Shown: positions 41,113 through 53,841 of the stretch, one piece after another | Layout: each line of letters begins with the position of its first letter | Position numbering within the stretch: the stretch's first letter is position 1 | Assembly (NCBI RefSeq): GCF_001194135.2 | Contig: NC_068989.1 | Location: 49,982,279-50,046,278 of the forward strand | Reading direction: 5' to 3' | DNA: 64,000 nt | DNA from: Octopus bimaculoides | Taxonomy: Eukaryota | Notes under the pieces: model-generated | What the model was told of the DNA's origin: nothing | The model's database searches: none | The model's input: the letters and a program-made list of their open reading frames with translations, nothing else | Position numbers and translations under genes: made by a program

Positions 41113-41409
41113 TATATACATACATACATACACACGCACACACACACACATATATACATATATACATATATTTAAACAAATATACAAATGACTCCTGTCA
41201 AAAATTCCATTAGAGAGGGAAGGAAGAAACCGCAATTGGAGCAATGTACCCTATACAAGCTCAGGGTATATTAGATTATTTACTAAGAGACTCTTACAAG
41301 ACCAGTGCCGTTAATCCCTAGAGAATTAATCTGAATGAGACAAACACACACACACACATACAAAGGCACGCACACAAACACACATACACACATACACAAA
41401 TCGAGCAGA

Positions 41410-41640
41410 CAATGTTTGTAACTGAGGCCTTCTTTAGAGTAAAGATGAAAATAGGTATCCTTGGTGAGAGAATCAGTGTAAAGGAGATAGCAATGATTAA
41501 GCAGGCTTCTGTTGGACGGATATGGTTAAGCAGATATTGTTGATAGTGCTGGAAATGTCGAGGAAAGGAACGGAGTTGTCGGATTCTGATGATATAAAAA
41601 ATGTGCAGTGAAAGGAGTTAAGGAAGGAGGTGAACTTCAT
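41410..41640 (-). mobile_element. PLE RT palm/thumb fragment
   Basis: FLNSFH..SESDNSVPFLDISSTINN..ISVQQKP, resembling NSFHP.LKFT..S..S.PFLDI...TS..YKPT. Confidence 0.6.
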
Positions 41641-42171
41641 AATGAATCCACGCACTCAAACTCGTAAACGTGTCACCGACGTTTTTGAATTCGAGTTTTT
41701 CTTTCGACTTTCACACCTCCTCCTTCATCGTTCCTAATCACATCCTTCACCTCCTATCTCAACACGAATTTTCTCTCTACCTCATCTTCGTTTGCTTCTC
41801 TTCATATTTTCATTCTCTTTCCATCTCCTTATCTCACACTATTCCCCTCTCCTACTACGTGTGCAAGTTCACGTTGCTTTGCATCCCCCATCATCTGCAG
41901 CCAGTTTCGCAAACAAAGAAGCAGTAAAACTCTGCTGTCGTTCTGTTAATACTCGACAGGTTTCTTTATCCTAAAGGAGGACACTTTTAGAATCCCCGAG
42001 GCAATTTCAATGCACTGTTTATGCTACTTTATCTATATAGAGATATACGAATATAAATATACATAAGTACATATATGTCTTTATATACATATAGATACAC
42101 AAACATATATAAACATACATATATACATGCGTATGTATGTATTTATACACATATTTATACATGTATAGGTG

Positions 42172-42200
42172 CAGGAGTGGTTGTGTGGTAAGTAGCTTGC
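42172..42200 (+). mobile_element. 5' head of a SINE interrupted by the 42201-44607 insertion
   Basis: GCAGGAGTGGTTGTGTGGTAAGTAGCTTGC; the SINE resumes at 44608-44651 with (AAGTAGCTTGC)TTACCAACCACATGGTTCCGGGTTCAGTCCCACT. Confidence 0.9.
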
Positions 42201-44607
42201 ATACCTTGACTTCCCGTTTTGCGCGTTGGCTACTTCCTGTAGACCCGAGGATCAGAGTGGACTGGTGTTTTTTTAACTCCGTCCAAAATGGAACTTTGAA
42301 GTCGACCGAGTTCATGAAAAAAATTAGTAAGGCAGCTAAAAGGTAGGAGAAATTTGTTTTGGGGGTAAAGTGGGCCTACGTTATGTCATTGTTAATTTTT
42401 ACAAATAGGGTATCTTCACTGGCCTCGAGGCATATTTTTCTCCTTTGGTTGCTTTTGTTTTAGTAAAGAATTATCGGTGGGCGTTACTTCGCCGCAAGAA
42501 TTCTTTCCATCTTTTGATTTTTCTGAAGACTTTTTGTATTTGGAAGACTTATTGTAAACGGTTATTTGTTGCTTGCTGCAAAGTTCGCGGCGAACATCTG
42601 TTTTTATGCCTAAAGTCATTGGATTACCTGGGATTGCCAGGATTTCGAATAGGCCAAAAGACATTTAATTCGAACAACACGGCAAATTTAGCGGTGTTGT
42701 AAATTCAATTTTTGAAAAAAGGAAAAATTTGAAAATTACGACAACTGGATTATACTACGAGCACCACCAATTGTGAACCATTATTGGATTACCTATATTG
42801 GGGTCCACAGGACTGGTCAGGAGTTCAAATACGTCAGAGGACAGACATTTAACTGTGAACTTTGTTTTTTCTTTCTTCTTTTTTTGCTTGTTTGTTATTT
42901 TTTGCAGTTAAAATATGAACAATAGAAAAATCAATACTGCTTTGGTGTGGGAAATTTACCCACCCAAAGAATGAGTTACAGATTTGGAAAGGAGGACGGT
43001 GGTTCTAAGGACTTATTCCAAGTCCTTGGATACCATTGTCCCCTTTCCTAGGCTAGAAATAGAAAAGGAGCTGGCGGAGTACATGCCGATGATAAAACAC
43101 ATCGCCAGGGGTTCCAAATATGCAACCATATGGTTGCTGTTTGGAACCCCAGAGATGGCGTGTAAGATCGCCAGTCAGCCCCTGGAGGGGAAAAAGTTTT
43201 GTTCCTCCCCTCTTATTGTGGGAGAAAATGTAAGCGGGCATTTGTCTGTGGGTTGGCACCGGGTTTAAAAGAAAGTTGGTTGGCCGAAACCATCCAAAGG
43301 GGACTTAGTGACACCAGAGACACTAAATTGTTAAATGTAAAATTGTTGCCATCTGCTGACTGGGTTGGGGCTAAGGCCATATTGACGTTGCGGACTCAGA
43401 CGATGACAGTGTGGTCTTTCCAGACTACATGACCATGGCAGGTTCTAGGTATCCTGTAATTCTTGAAGGACGACTTCCGAAATGTCACAGATGCCTGGAG
43501 CCTGGTAATTTGAAAAAGGATTGTCGGTGAGACACGAAAGTGACCCAGGAGCAGACACCCATTAAAAAAAGTAGTCCTTCTCTGCCGGAAAAAAGCAGGG
43601 TAAAGAAAGCGTGCCCGTCGACCCCCCTCCCCCATTGGAGGGGGAGATGGTGAACGTTGTGGAGACTTCTGTCTCCACGAATAGAAAAAGAAAGATGAGT
43701 AACGTCAGTTACTCACCACCTAAAGAGCAGTCTGCGGGTGAAGAGATAGGCCCCTTGAGTATCCCAGCAGAGGCCCCANNNNNNNNNNNNNNNNNNNNNN
43801 NNNNNNNNNNNNNNNNNNNNNNNNNNNNNNNNNNNNNNNNNNNNNNNNNNNNNNNNNNNNNNNNNNNNNNNNNNNNNNNNNNNNNNNNNNNNNNNNNNNN
43901 NNNNNNNNNNNNNNNNNNNNNNNNNNNNNNNNNNNNNNNAAAAAAAAAAAGAAAGGGGAGACGGTCGGCGGAAGTTACTGCGCCGCCGACCGGACCCGAG
44001 GTGGGAAGTGTGCCCCCGGAGAGGAAAACTCTGCCATCGAGGATTGTGCCGATGATAGAGTGGCGTGACGTCCCTCCCAGTGAGAATAATGATTATGTTA
44101 TCATGTACTATGAGGGAGGGGCGGTGAATGAATTCTTGGACCGTGAATGCGGCCAGTATAGGAGCTACTCGGAATGTGCAAGTAGTTCCACATGGCCTCC
44201 GCAGGTGACTGCGGAGGTTATAAATGACAACATAATGGCAAAAGTTATAGAAAAATATAACTACCAAGATTTCTTCTACCTCGCTGCAAATTCAAGCCTA
44301 ACAATAGACACTTGTTTGGCAGGGGCAGTATATCTGCTTGCGGAGGGGTGGAATGAGAAAAATTATATTTTTAATTGTTAATATATTGAAATTGTGTAAA
44401 AATTGTAATTCTAAAAGGAAAAAAAAAAGAACAATGTTTGCGAGGGGGTTATCAATCGGCGGGCGCTGGTGCCTCTCTCATTATTTGTTTCATCCGTATC
44501 ACCCTCATCTCATTAATGTCCATGTCCAGCCCGCAGCTACTTCATGTTTGTCTGTCTTTGTCTGTCCCCTCTATGTAACGCCGTTAATGGCGAAATTTAT
44601 TGAAATA
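42201..44607 (+). mobile_element. ORF1-only L1/Tx1-like retroelement (~2.4 kb) flanked by an 11-bp TSD
   Basis: TSD AAGTAGCTTGC at 42190-42200 and 44608-44618. A single broken ORF1-like reading frame runs 42915-44381. No endonuclease or RT codons are visible. Confidence 0.8.
42915..44381 (+). pseudogene. ORF1/Gag-like nucleic-acid-binding protein with zinc knuckle, disrupted
   Basis: ATG at 42915: MNNRKINTALVWEIYPPKE*VTDLERRTVVLRTYS..., frameshift to LPSYCGRK..., frameshift to YPVILEGRLPKCHRCLEPGNLKKDC (CX2CX4[H>N]X4C, 43483-43524). A Pro/Lys-rich linker and a C-terminal domain end with TAA at 44381. At least three frameshifts, two stops and one gap. Confidence 0.75.
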
Positions 44608-46499
44608 AAGTAGCTTGCTTACCAACCACATGGTTCCGGGTTCAGTCCCACTTAACTGTATTTGATCGGTCTTTACGTTCTGAGTTCAAATTACACCCAG
44701 GTCGACTTTGCCTTTCATCTGTTCGGGCTCGATACCAATTGAGTGCTGGGGTCGAGGTAATCGACTTAACCCGTACCCCGAAATTGTTGGCCTTGCATCA
44801 AAATTTGAAATCAATATTTCTATAGAATAGTTGCAATTTAACAGTTTCAGGAAAAGAAAAAGAAACATAAGAAAGGTATTTGAGAGAGAAATATGTTCTA
44901 GGAAAAAGAACTGGAAGAATGGCTAGTGCGGAGCATGGAGGTAGATGCATAAAATATGGTAATCAAGAAGATGAGGAAACGAATGAGTCGATAGTCGCTG
45001 ATTGAGAAGACTTGAGAGAAAACTGCTCTTATATGTAGTTATGGTAGAAAAATGCAGGCTAGAGGGGAGAACAGAGCGACTCTGTGCCAGTATTTATTGA
45101 GTATTGGTAAGCAGCGAGTTCATGCTAATTAGATGAATGATTTCGCGTTTTGTTGAAACCAGTTGACCTATTGAGTAGTGCGTGTGCGTGCGTGTGTGTA
45201 TATGTATGTGCGTACCAGTAGCTTCATCTCGGACGTGGGAGCATCACATAGTTTGGGTCTCATTTCATGTATGCAAGATTTAGCTACTGTTTCAAGTAGG
45301 CTGAATGCCCACGTTGAGATTCAATACTTGTTTCAATAATACAAAATAAATAAATAAATAAATAAAAGATGGGGAACTAAAGTTAAAGCATGAATACATG
45401 CAAAAATATAAATAAATAAACATACGAACCGATCTACATTGATTATTTAGTAGAAGCATTGAGCAGAAACAAAAGAATATTAAATCCTATCTGAATTGAT
45501 TTCAATTGATGTCAATTCATTCGAGTAGAAAATTAAAACGAAACCTTGCAGACATGAAGTTATAACGAGAGCTTCAACACAAATAAAATATTTCAATGAA
45601 ATACAATTACTGAAATAGTCACAGATAATTACAAACTTGCTGTTGGTATAATTTGATAGTGTCTTAAGTTGAATTAGACTTAAGAATGAAATCAGATTAA
45701 TCCATACATACATACATACATACATACATACATACATACGTACATACATACGTACGTACATACATACATATGCATACATACGTACTCACGCATATATACA
45801 TAATACATACATAGAAATATATATATATATATATATATACATGCATACATACATACAGCATATATATATATATATATATATANNNNNNNNNNNNNNNNNN
45901 NNNNNNNNNNNNNNNNNNNNNNNNNNNNNNNNNNNNNNNNNNNNNNNNNNNNNNNNNNNNNNNNNNNNNNNNNNNNNNNNNNNNNNNNNNNNNNNNNNNN
46001 NNNNNNNNNNNNNNNNNNNNNNNNNNNNNNNNNNNNNNNNNNNNNNNNNNNNNNNNNNNNNNNNNNNNNNNNNNNNNNNNNNNNNNNNNNNNNNNNNNNN
46101 NNNNNNNNNNNNNNNNNNNNNNNNNNNNNNNNNNNNNNNNNNNNNNNNNNNNNNNNNNNNNNNNNNNNNNNNNNNNNNNNNNNNNNNNNNNNNNNNNNNN
46201 NNNNNNNNNNNNNNNNNNNNNNNNNNNNNNNNNNNNNNNNNNNNNNNNNNNNNNNNNNNNNNNNNNNNNNNNNNNNNNNNNNNNNNNNNNNNNNNNNNNN
46301 NNNNNNNNNNNNNNNNNNNNNNNNNNNNNNNNNNNNNNNNNNNNNNNNNNNNNNNNNNNNNNNNNNNNNNNNNNNNNNNNNNNNNNNNNNNNNNNNNNNN
46401 NNNNNNNNNNNNNNNNNNNNNNNNNNNNNTATATAAAGCGAAAACGAAAGGAATAAAAAAATAGTACAGAAATATAACATGAAAAAGATGTATCAGAAA

Positions 46500-47620
46500 T
46501 CAAAGACCGCCTGATAAAAAGAAGTCCTCCTTAAATTGCAAAGTCTTCATCCATTTGAAAAGCGACATTTCTTTTTACAATAAATCCCAGTTCGACATAG
46601 AGATAAAAGGATTTTTTATCAAGAATTAGATAATAATAAATCATAAGTCAATATAGTGACAACATTAAAGGAAGGAGAAAAAAATGAATAGGGAAGGGAT
46701 TACAACGGCAGTGAATGTTTAAAACAAATACAGCAACTGAAATATCTTGGGATGCTAAAAAGATGCGAGATGTAGGCCAGAGTCTACAGATATAGATAAA
46801 GTACATAGAAACGTCTTGGAAATGAGCCAGACACAGGCTTGTTTTTGAAGAGGCACATATCAAATATTTTCAAAACTATTTAATACCCTACTGGCGGAAC
46901 AGAAAACAACAACTGAGTGTTTTACTCTGGGGGAACATTCTTTAACCCACGTGGCTCAATAAACTGCAAACCTCGGAACGATAGAGCTATATCATGCCTT
47001 TTTATGTGTTATAAAACCATAATTGTATAACAGAAGATAAATGATTACTTGGAAAATAAACGAGTCAATTCGAAGGCAATAGAGAGGATGTTTCAAAGGC
47101 TAATGTGGTTGTAAAGATCAAAATTGATCAAAAAGGCCATAATTCAAGACTGTAAAAAGTGAAATTAAACATGGCGCCTATTGACTACGAGAAGGCATCC
47201 GATAATTTTGCCTACAAAAGGGTTCGGCACACATTAGTCATAAATAAGGTTGTTTTGAATAGACATTAAACAATTCTCCTGGTATAGACAAAAGACAGAC
47301 TTAAAAAAAACAACGTCATCTGCATTGGGTAAGGAATATTTCGAAAGGGTAGTTTCTCTGTACGAATTTACTATCTAACGTTAAAACATTTAACAATTTG
47401 TTAAAACTTTACTCAGATGCAAATGATAAGAGAAGATATTCAACGATCTTTCTTATATGTATAGTCTGAAGTGGTACGATGCAGAGCAAACACTGGTGAT
47501 AGCACAACTCCAGATAATATACGAATTTATTTCAAAAAATTAATACGAATTTCGGGTTAGAAAATAACCAGTCACAGAAATTTCTAGAGAAAGAAAATTA
47601 TTAAACACAGCAAGTGTTTA
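46500..47620 (+). mobile_element. R4/Dong-like RT pseudogene
   Basis: NDRAISCLF (NYRPITCL), KAIIQDCKK..PIDYEKASD (WIDYKKAFD), GIFRKGSFS (GIFQGDSLS), and a decayed LYMDDLK motif at ~47455. Confidence 0.75.
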
Positions 47621-48025
47621 AGAATCACAGTTAATAAAATTAGAATAAGCACAGACATAGAAACACTTATGAATTAATGAACTCAGTAGAATACAAAAAA
47701 CGCAAACGGTAGCTTGAATGTATGTGTGTATGTGTGTATGTATANNNNNNNNNNNNNNNNNNNNNNNNNNNNNNNNNNNNNNNNNNNNNNNNNNNNNNNN
47801 NNNNNNNNNNNNNNNNNNNNNNNNNNNNNNNNNNNNNNNNNNNNNNNNNNNNNNNNNNNNNNNNNNNNNNNNNNNNNNNNNNNNNNNNNNNNNNNNNNNN
47901 NNNNNNNNNNNNNNNNNNNNNNNNNNNNNNNNNNNNNNNNNNNNNNNNNNNNNNNNNNNNNNNNNNNNNNNNNNNNNNNNNNNNNNNNNNNNNNNNNNNN
48001 NNNNNNNNNNNNNNNNNNNNNNATA

Positions 48026-48056
<31 letters not shown>

Positions 48057-49869
48057 TTATGTGGTGCGTATATTAAAAATATGTTTGATTAATATTTGAA
48101 ATTACATAAGTGAAAAAGAATTGTAATAGGAAGCACAATATTTATGTGTGTGTGTGCATGTGTGTGTGTGCGTGTGTGTAAATGTGTGTGTATGTGTGAG
48201 TAAGTATGTGCATCTTTTATCTTTAACTTGTTTCTGTCATTTGACTGCGGCCTTGCTATAGCACCATTTTGAAGGTTTCAGTCGAACTATTCTCCTGGAA
48301 TACTTATGTATTTTTAAAGTCTGGTTCTTTTGCCGAACTACTACGTTATGGAGATATAAACAAACCAGCACCGGTTGTTAGTAGGTGGAAGGGAGTCAAA
48401 CGCAAACACACATAGATACACCCACACACACAAACACACATACATATGAAGTTAAATAGTACGACAAAAACACCACGGGGCGAATTGTAGGAAAAGTAAC
48501 AAAGAAAATGCACTAAGGGAGAATGGTATAAAATCATTGCTATCTGTTCGATCATGACTTCGTAACTATATTTCTAAATATACAAATATTTCAGTACATT
48601 TTCCATTTCAATCTTACTTCCTAAAAAATTTAACCTACTCCTACAGACTCAAAAAGAAGCCACCTTTAGCCGTTTTGAACACGACATTCACGTAGCTACA
48701 ACTTCAGTTGTTTTTCAAACTGGAATTTTGGTGGCACACCTATCTGAGCTCTCAAAACGCAAACCTATTAGTTTGAGTCATCCTGACGAAAACTCCTCAT
48801 ATCCTATATATACATACATACATACATACATGCATACATACATANNNNNNNNNNNNNNNNNNNNNNNNNNNNNNNNNNNNNNNNNNNNNNNNNNNNNNNN
48901 NNNNNNNNNNNNNNNNNNNNNNNNNNNNNNNNNNNNNNNNNNNNNNNNNNNNNNNNNNNNNNNNNNNNNNNNNNNNNNNNNNNNNNNNNNNNNNNNNNNN
49001 NNNNNNNNNNNNNNNNNNNNNNNNNNNNNNNNNNNNNNNNNNNNNNNNNNNNNNNNNNNNNNNNNNNNNNNNNNNNNNNNNNNNNNNNNNNNNNNNNNNN
49101 NNNNNNNNNNNNNNNNNNNNNNNNNNNNNNNNNNNNNNNNNNNNNNNNNNNNNNNNNNNNNNNNNNNNNNNNNNNNNNNNNNNNNNNNNNNNNNNNNNNN
49201 NNNNNNNNNNNNNNNNNNNNNNNNNNNNNNNNNNNNNNNNNNNNATATATATATATATACATACGACTTATATATGATACGGGCTTCTTTCATTTTCTGT
49301 CTACCAAGGGGGCTCCGTGAGTTTTTGTCCGGTGCAGGTCTAAAGTAGAAGAGCTGAAACTCAGCCCAGAACTATATGGTTGGGAAGCAATTGTCTTACC
49401 ACACAGCCACACATACACCTGGCTACCTGCCAAATTCTTCCTCACTCTCGGTTTCACTGTATCTCTCTTTCTCTTTCACTACATATATACATATATATAT
49501 ACACATTCATATATATGAGTGCATATATATGTACATATATGTATATGCATATGATAAATACTGATGTGGTTGCGATTTCTGAGTCAAAACAAAAAACGGC
49601 CGTAATATGTCGTACAAATCCCAAATGGACTCAAAACAAACAAAAGGATTAGACTAGAAAAAAATGTGATGACAACTCCTACACAGGAAAAATATATTTT
49701 CTATAAATATAAAGAAGTAGAGGTCATCTGTAACTAGAGAATTATTATAAAATATATATTGACGAACGTAAAAATATAGTAAAAACAAAGGGAATTTAGT
49801 AGTATTAGCTACACAATATGAGCAAAACAAAACATTTTCTATCTCCAAGGAAGCCGGGCATATAGGCAT

Positions 49870-49900
<31 letters not shown>

Positions 49901-50088
49901 CATACATATCTGTATGTTTATCCTAGTTTATATATACACATATATATAATAAACAAAATATGTATGCGCGTGTATGTATATCACATTATGTATGGTTATA
50001 CGTGCATGTATGTTTGTGTATATCTATATAAGTATGTGATTATGTATGCATATATGTGTATACACGTATATGTATATGTACGGGGTTT

Positions 50089-50138
<50 letters not shown>

Positions 50139-50723
50139 GGAGTAAGCACGTGAAATGTGCAACAAGGTNNNNNNNNNNNNNNNNNNNNNNNNNNNNNNNN
50201 NNNNNNNNNNNNNNNNNNNNNNNNNNNNNNNNNNNNNNNNNNNNNNNNNNNNNNNNNNNNNNNNNNNNNNNNNNNNNNNNNNNNNNNNNNNNNNNNNNNN
50301 NNNNNNNNNNNNNNNNNNNNNNNNNNNNNNNNNNNNNNNNNNNNNNNNNNNNNNNNNNNNNNNNNNNNNNNNNNNNNNNNNNNNNNNNNNNNNNNNNNNN
50401 NNNNNNNNNNNNNNNNNNNNNNNNNNNNNNNNNNNNNNNNNNNNNNNNNNNNNNNNNNNNNNNNNNNNNNNNNNNNNNNNNNNNNNNNNNNNNNNNNNNN
50501 NNNNNNNNNNNNNNNNNNNNNNNNNNNNNNNNNNNNNNNNNNNNNNNNNNNNNNNNNNNNNNNNNNNNNNNNNNNNNNNNNNNNNNNNNNNNNNNNNNNN
50601 NNNNNNNNNNNNNNNNNNNNNNNNNNNNNNNNNNNNNNNNNNNNNNNNNNNNNNNNNNNNNNNNNNNNNNNNNNNNNNNNNNNNNNNNNNNNNNNATATA
50701 TATATATATATATATATATAAAG

Positions 50724-51030
50724 GAGCACACCATCGGTTACTACGACGAGGGTCCCAGTTGATACGACCAACGGAACAACTTGCACATGAAATTAACGTG
50801 CATGTGGCTGAGCACTTCACAGACACGTGTACCGTTAACGTAGTTCTCGGTGAGATTCAGCGTGACACAGTGTGACAAGGCTGGCCCTTTGAAATACAGG
50901 TACTGGTCAACTTTTGCCAGCTGAGTTGACTGCAGCAACGTGAAATAAAGTGTCTTGCTCAAGGACACAACGTGTCGCCGGGAAATGAACTCACGACCTC
51001 ACGATCGTGAGCCGAATAACTTAACCACTA
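50724..51030 (-). mobile_element. CORE-type SINE sharing its 3' half with the 4223-4605 SINE
   Basis: Minus strand TAGTGGTTAAG..GTGAGTTCATTTCCC..GTCCTTGAGCAAGACAC, then CAAAGGGCCAGCCTTGTCACACTGTGTCACGCTGAAT, as at 4428-4465. Confidence 0.85.
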
Positions 51031-51779
51031 TATATATGTATGTGTGTGTGTGTGTGTTTGTGTATGTATAAAGAGTAACAAACTGATGAAAAGAAATCCT
51101 TCAAAGGGGTGTGTTAAACATCGAATTCACTGGTACTTCAGTTGGATTCCATATGAATATTGGAATAATTCAATAATAAAGATAAATTCAATATACAGAT
51201 ATTCTATTGACAATCCAATAATTTATTTATATTACAATATTACATTAAACACTATGAATATAATATATAACATAACATAATATTATATAAATAATCATAA
51301 AAACGTAAAAGGCCAAAAATTGTTTCGACTTATATATATTTTTTCAGATATACAAAATCACAGTTCCACTATATATATATGTCACTTCAGGGTCCTTGGT
51401 TCAGGAAGTCGAAATCTCGTCTGAAAGGAAGCTGGATTGGAAAACTTAATTCAAATGTCTGCGTTATGAGCGTGCGCATTGAGCAATCACATCAATTACA
51501 ATTAAGAAACAACAAGAACATTTTAACGGACGGTACCGTCAAGGAAGTGCAATCCACAACCGTAGAAACTCACTTCATTTACAGTTTTTATAATTGTTTA
51601 TAGAATATTATGTTATTATATATATTTACGCTCTTCTACAGAAAAGAATAAGAAGGAGAAAAAAAGGAGAGAGAATGAAAAAAAAACATGGAGAGAGAAA
51701 AAAATTGTAGGGATTAATGGTTCAACATGATAAATAGCCAGAAGAAAGAGGTTGAATGAAAGGGAGATAATGACGGTGA

Positions 51780-52722
51780 CCCGGTCGAACGAATTTACTC
51801 ACGCGCGCGCGTGTGTATGGTGTGTGAGAGAATGGTGTGTGAATGTGTATGTATGAATGGAGGTGAGTGTGTGTGTGTATATATGTGTGGGTAAGCTGAA
51901 AAATACGCGAGCCTGTTTTTGTGTATGTGTGTAAGTGACTCAGTACGTACGTTATGTTGAGTGATATGCATTACATGTATTGGTACGTATGTGTGCGTGC
52001 GTATTGACGTGTGTACGTATGTGTGCAGTTATCATGTGTGTGTGTGTGTGTGTGCAAAAACATTGGCTTGGATGCGTGTGTATTTGTACAAGTAACCGAG
52101 TGAATGTGTTGTGTGGAGTGACGTGCGTTGTGTGTTTTCACGTGTGCGTGTGCTAGTGCGTACAGACGTGTGTATGTGTGTGAGGTTAACATGTGTATGT
52201 GTGTGTTCTTGCGCTTGTGTGCGTGTACAAACACTTGTCTTTAGCTGTTGATGTGTGATTGTTCAGGTGGTGTGTGCACGTGTGGATATGTGTGTATGTG
52301 ACCATATAGTGTGCATCTGTATAATGTATGTTTGTCAGCGAATGTTATCTGTCTATGCGTGTTGCGTGTGTGAGTGTATATATTGTCTGTGTTCAGACAT
52401 TATGTGCTTGTATGAGTTTGGGAGTGTACATGATGGTGTGTGGTGTGTGTACTGAGTTGAACAGTGTGTACGGGTGCTCGTACAGTGGTATGCGTGGTGA
52501 CGTTATTGAAGATTGTTTGTCGGTGTGTCGGTAATGATGTGTGGATGTGTCGATCATGGTGTGTGGTCTGGCTGCTGAGAAGGTGCTAGTGTGTGTCTGT
52601 GGGTGAGTGTATAATGGTGTTTGAAGTGAGTAATGAACTGAGCCGTGTGTATGAGAGTTTGTATGGGTTTTGTGCACACACACACACACACACACGCACA
52701 CACACACACAGACACACACACA

Positions 52723-52770
<48 letters not shown>
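51780..52770 (+). repeat. ~1-kb degenerate (GT)-rich low-complexity tract ending in (CA)n
   Basis: Continuous cryptic TG-rich sequence on the plus strand, switching to (CA)n at ~52675. Confidence 0.85.
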
Positions 52771-52771
<1 letters not shown>

Positions 52772-52980
52772 GAATACCTGCAAGCATACATATTTGTATG
52801 TCTATTTCCTCTTTGTGTTTGTTGATGCGTATGCCTACACCCGATTCCTTGTCTGCTTTTTTCTGCTATTCTAACGGCAATTCTGCGTTCGAAAAAAATC
52901 ATCTTATTTGTATCGTACAATACACATTTCGACGCTTATATAAACTGTTTGGCTGCTTGTTTCTCTGGAGACTGTCAGAA

Positions 52981-53042
52981 TGATGTAGACACCTCAGATG
53001 AGAACCCAACAAGGTTCGAAAATCGATTAAAGTTGTTCATCA
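52981..53042 (+). ncRNA. Minimal hammerhead-ribozyme-like motif with one core substitution
   Basis: C[A]GATGA-GAACC-caacaa-GGTTC-GAAA-ATCGAT-TA: perfect 5-bp stem II, palindromic AATCGATT stem III, partial stem I (TGATG..CATCA). Confidence 0.5.
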
Positions 53043-53096
53043 CTTCTTCAGTCTGCGGAGAAATGGCTAAAATTTGTCGTTTATAATTATACTATG

Positions 53097-53196
<100 letters not shown>

Positions 53197-53679
53197 TTGT
53201 ATATGCACAAATATGATCATTGTCAGATATCTATTTGGCGATCTATATCTCTCGTTTAATATTTTCCTGCTCTCTATGTTACTGTTCTCTATGATAACTT
53301 ATGACTCCTAGTAATATCAACTGGTTTTACTGCGATATGGTAATCTGATAGACTGTTTAATATATAATATTCTCATAAGCCTTTAAACTCAGACCAGGCA
53401 TATGATGGAAATCTTTATATCTTTCTTTGAAATATGTAGATTACTATCAAGACCTAAATCTAAATGTAGCACCTAATACTTCCGAAAAACAAAAAGAAGA
53501 AAACGAACTTTTAATAGAACAACATTTGAAGGAAGATTCCGTATGGCTAATCCTTGAATTTATCATGTCTTTATAAGTGTTATTGAACGATGGGTAAAAA
53601 TGGTTTGAATAAATAATTAAGCACTATATTTCCCTGTTCTGTAACGCTTATGTATGTCTGAATGTATGTCATTATTCAG

Positions 53680-53805
53680 TTTATTTCAATATTTCTTGCC
53701 AATAGAGAAAGAACCGTTTTCTAACCTAGATCCAAGGTTCCTTGATTAGAATTTCAACATCAACAAGATATTTTTGTTTGTTTTATGTATACATGTATGT
53801 ATGTA

Positions 53806-53841
<36 letters not shown>

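Noticed and set aside
41586-41592. Other CTGATGA hits (also ~16356, 16441, 51083, 56186)
   Set aside because: No paired stem or downstream GAAA; some lie inside RT coding remnants.
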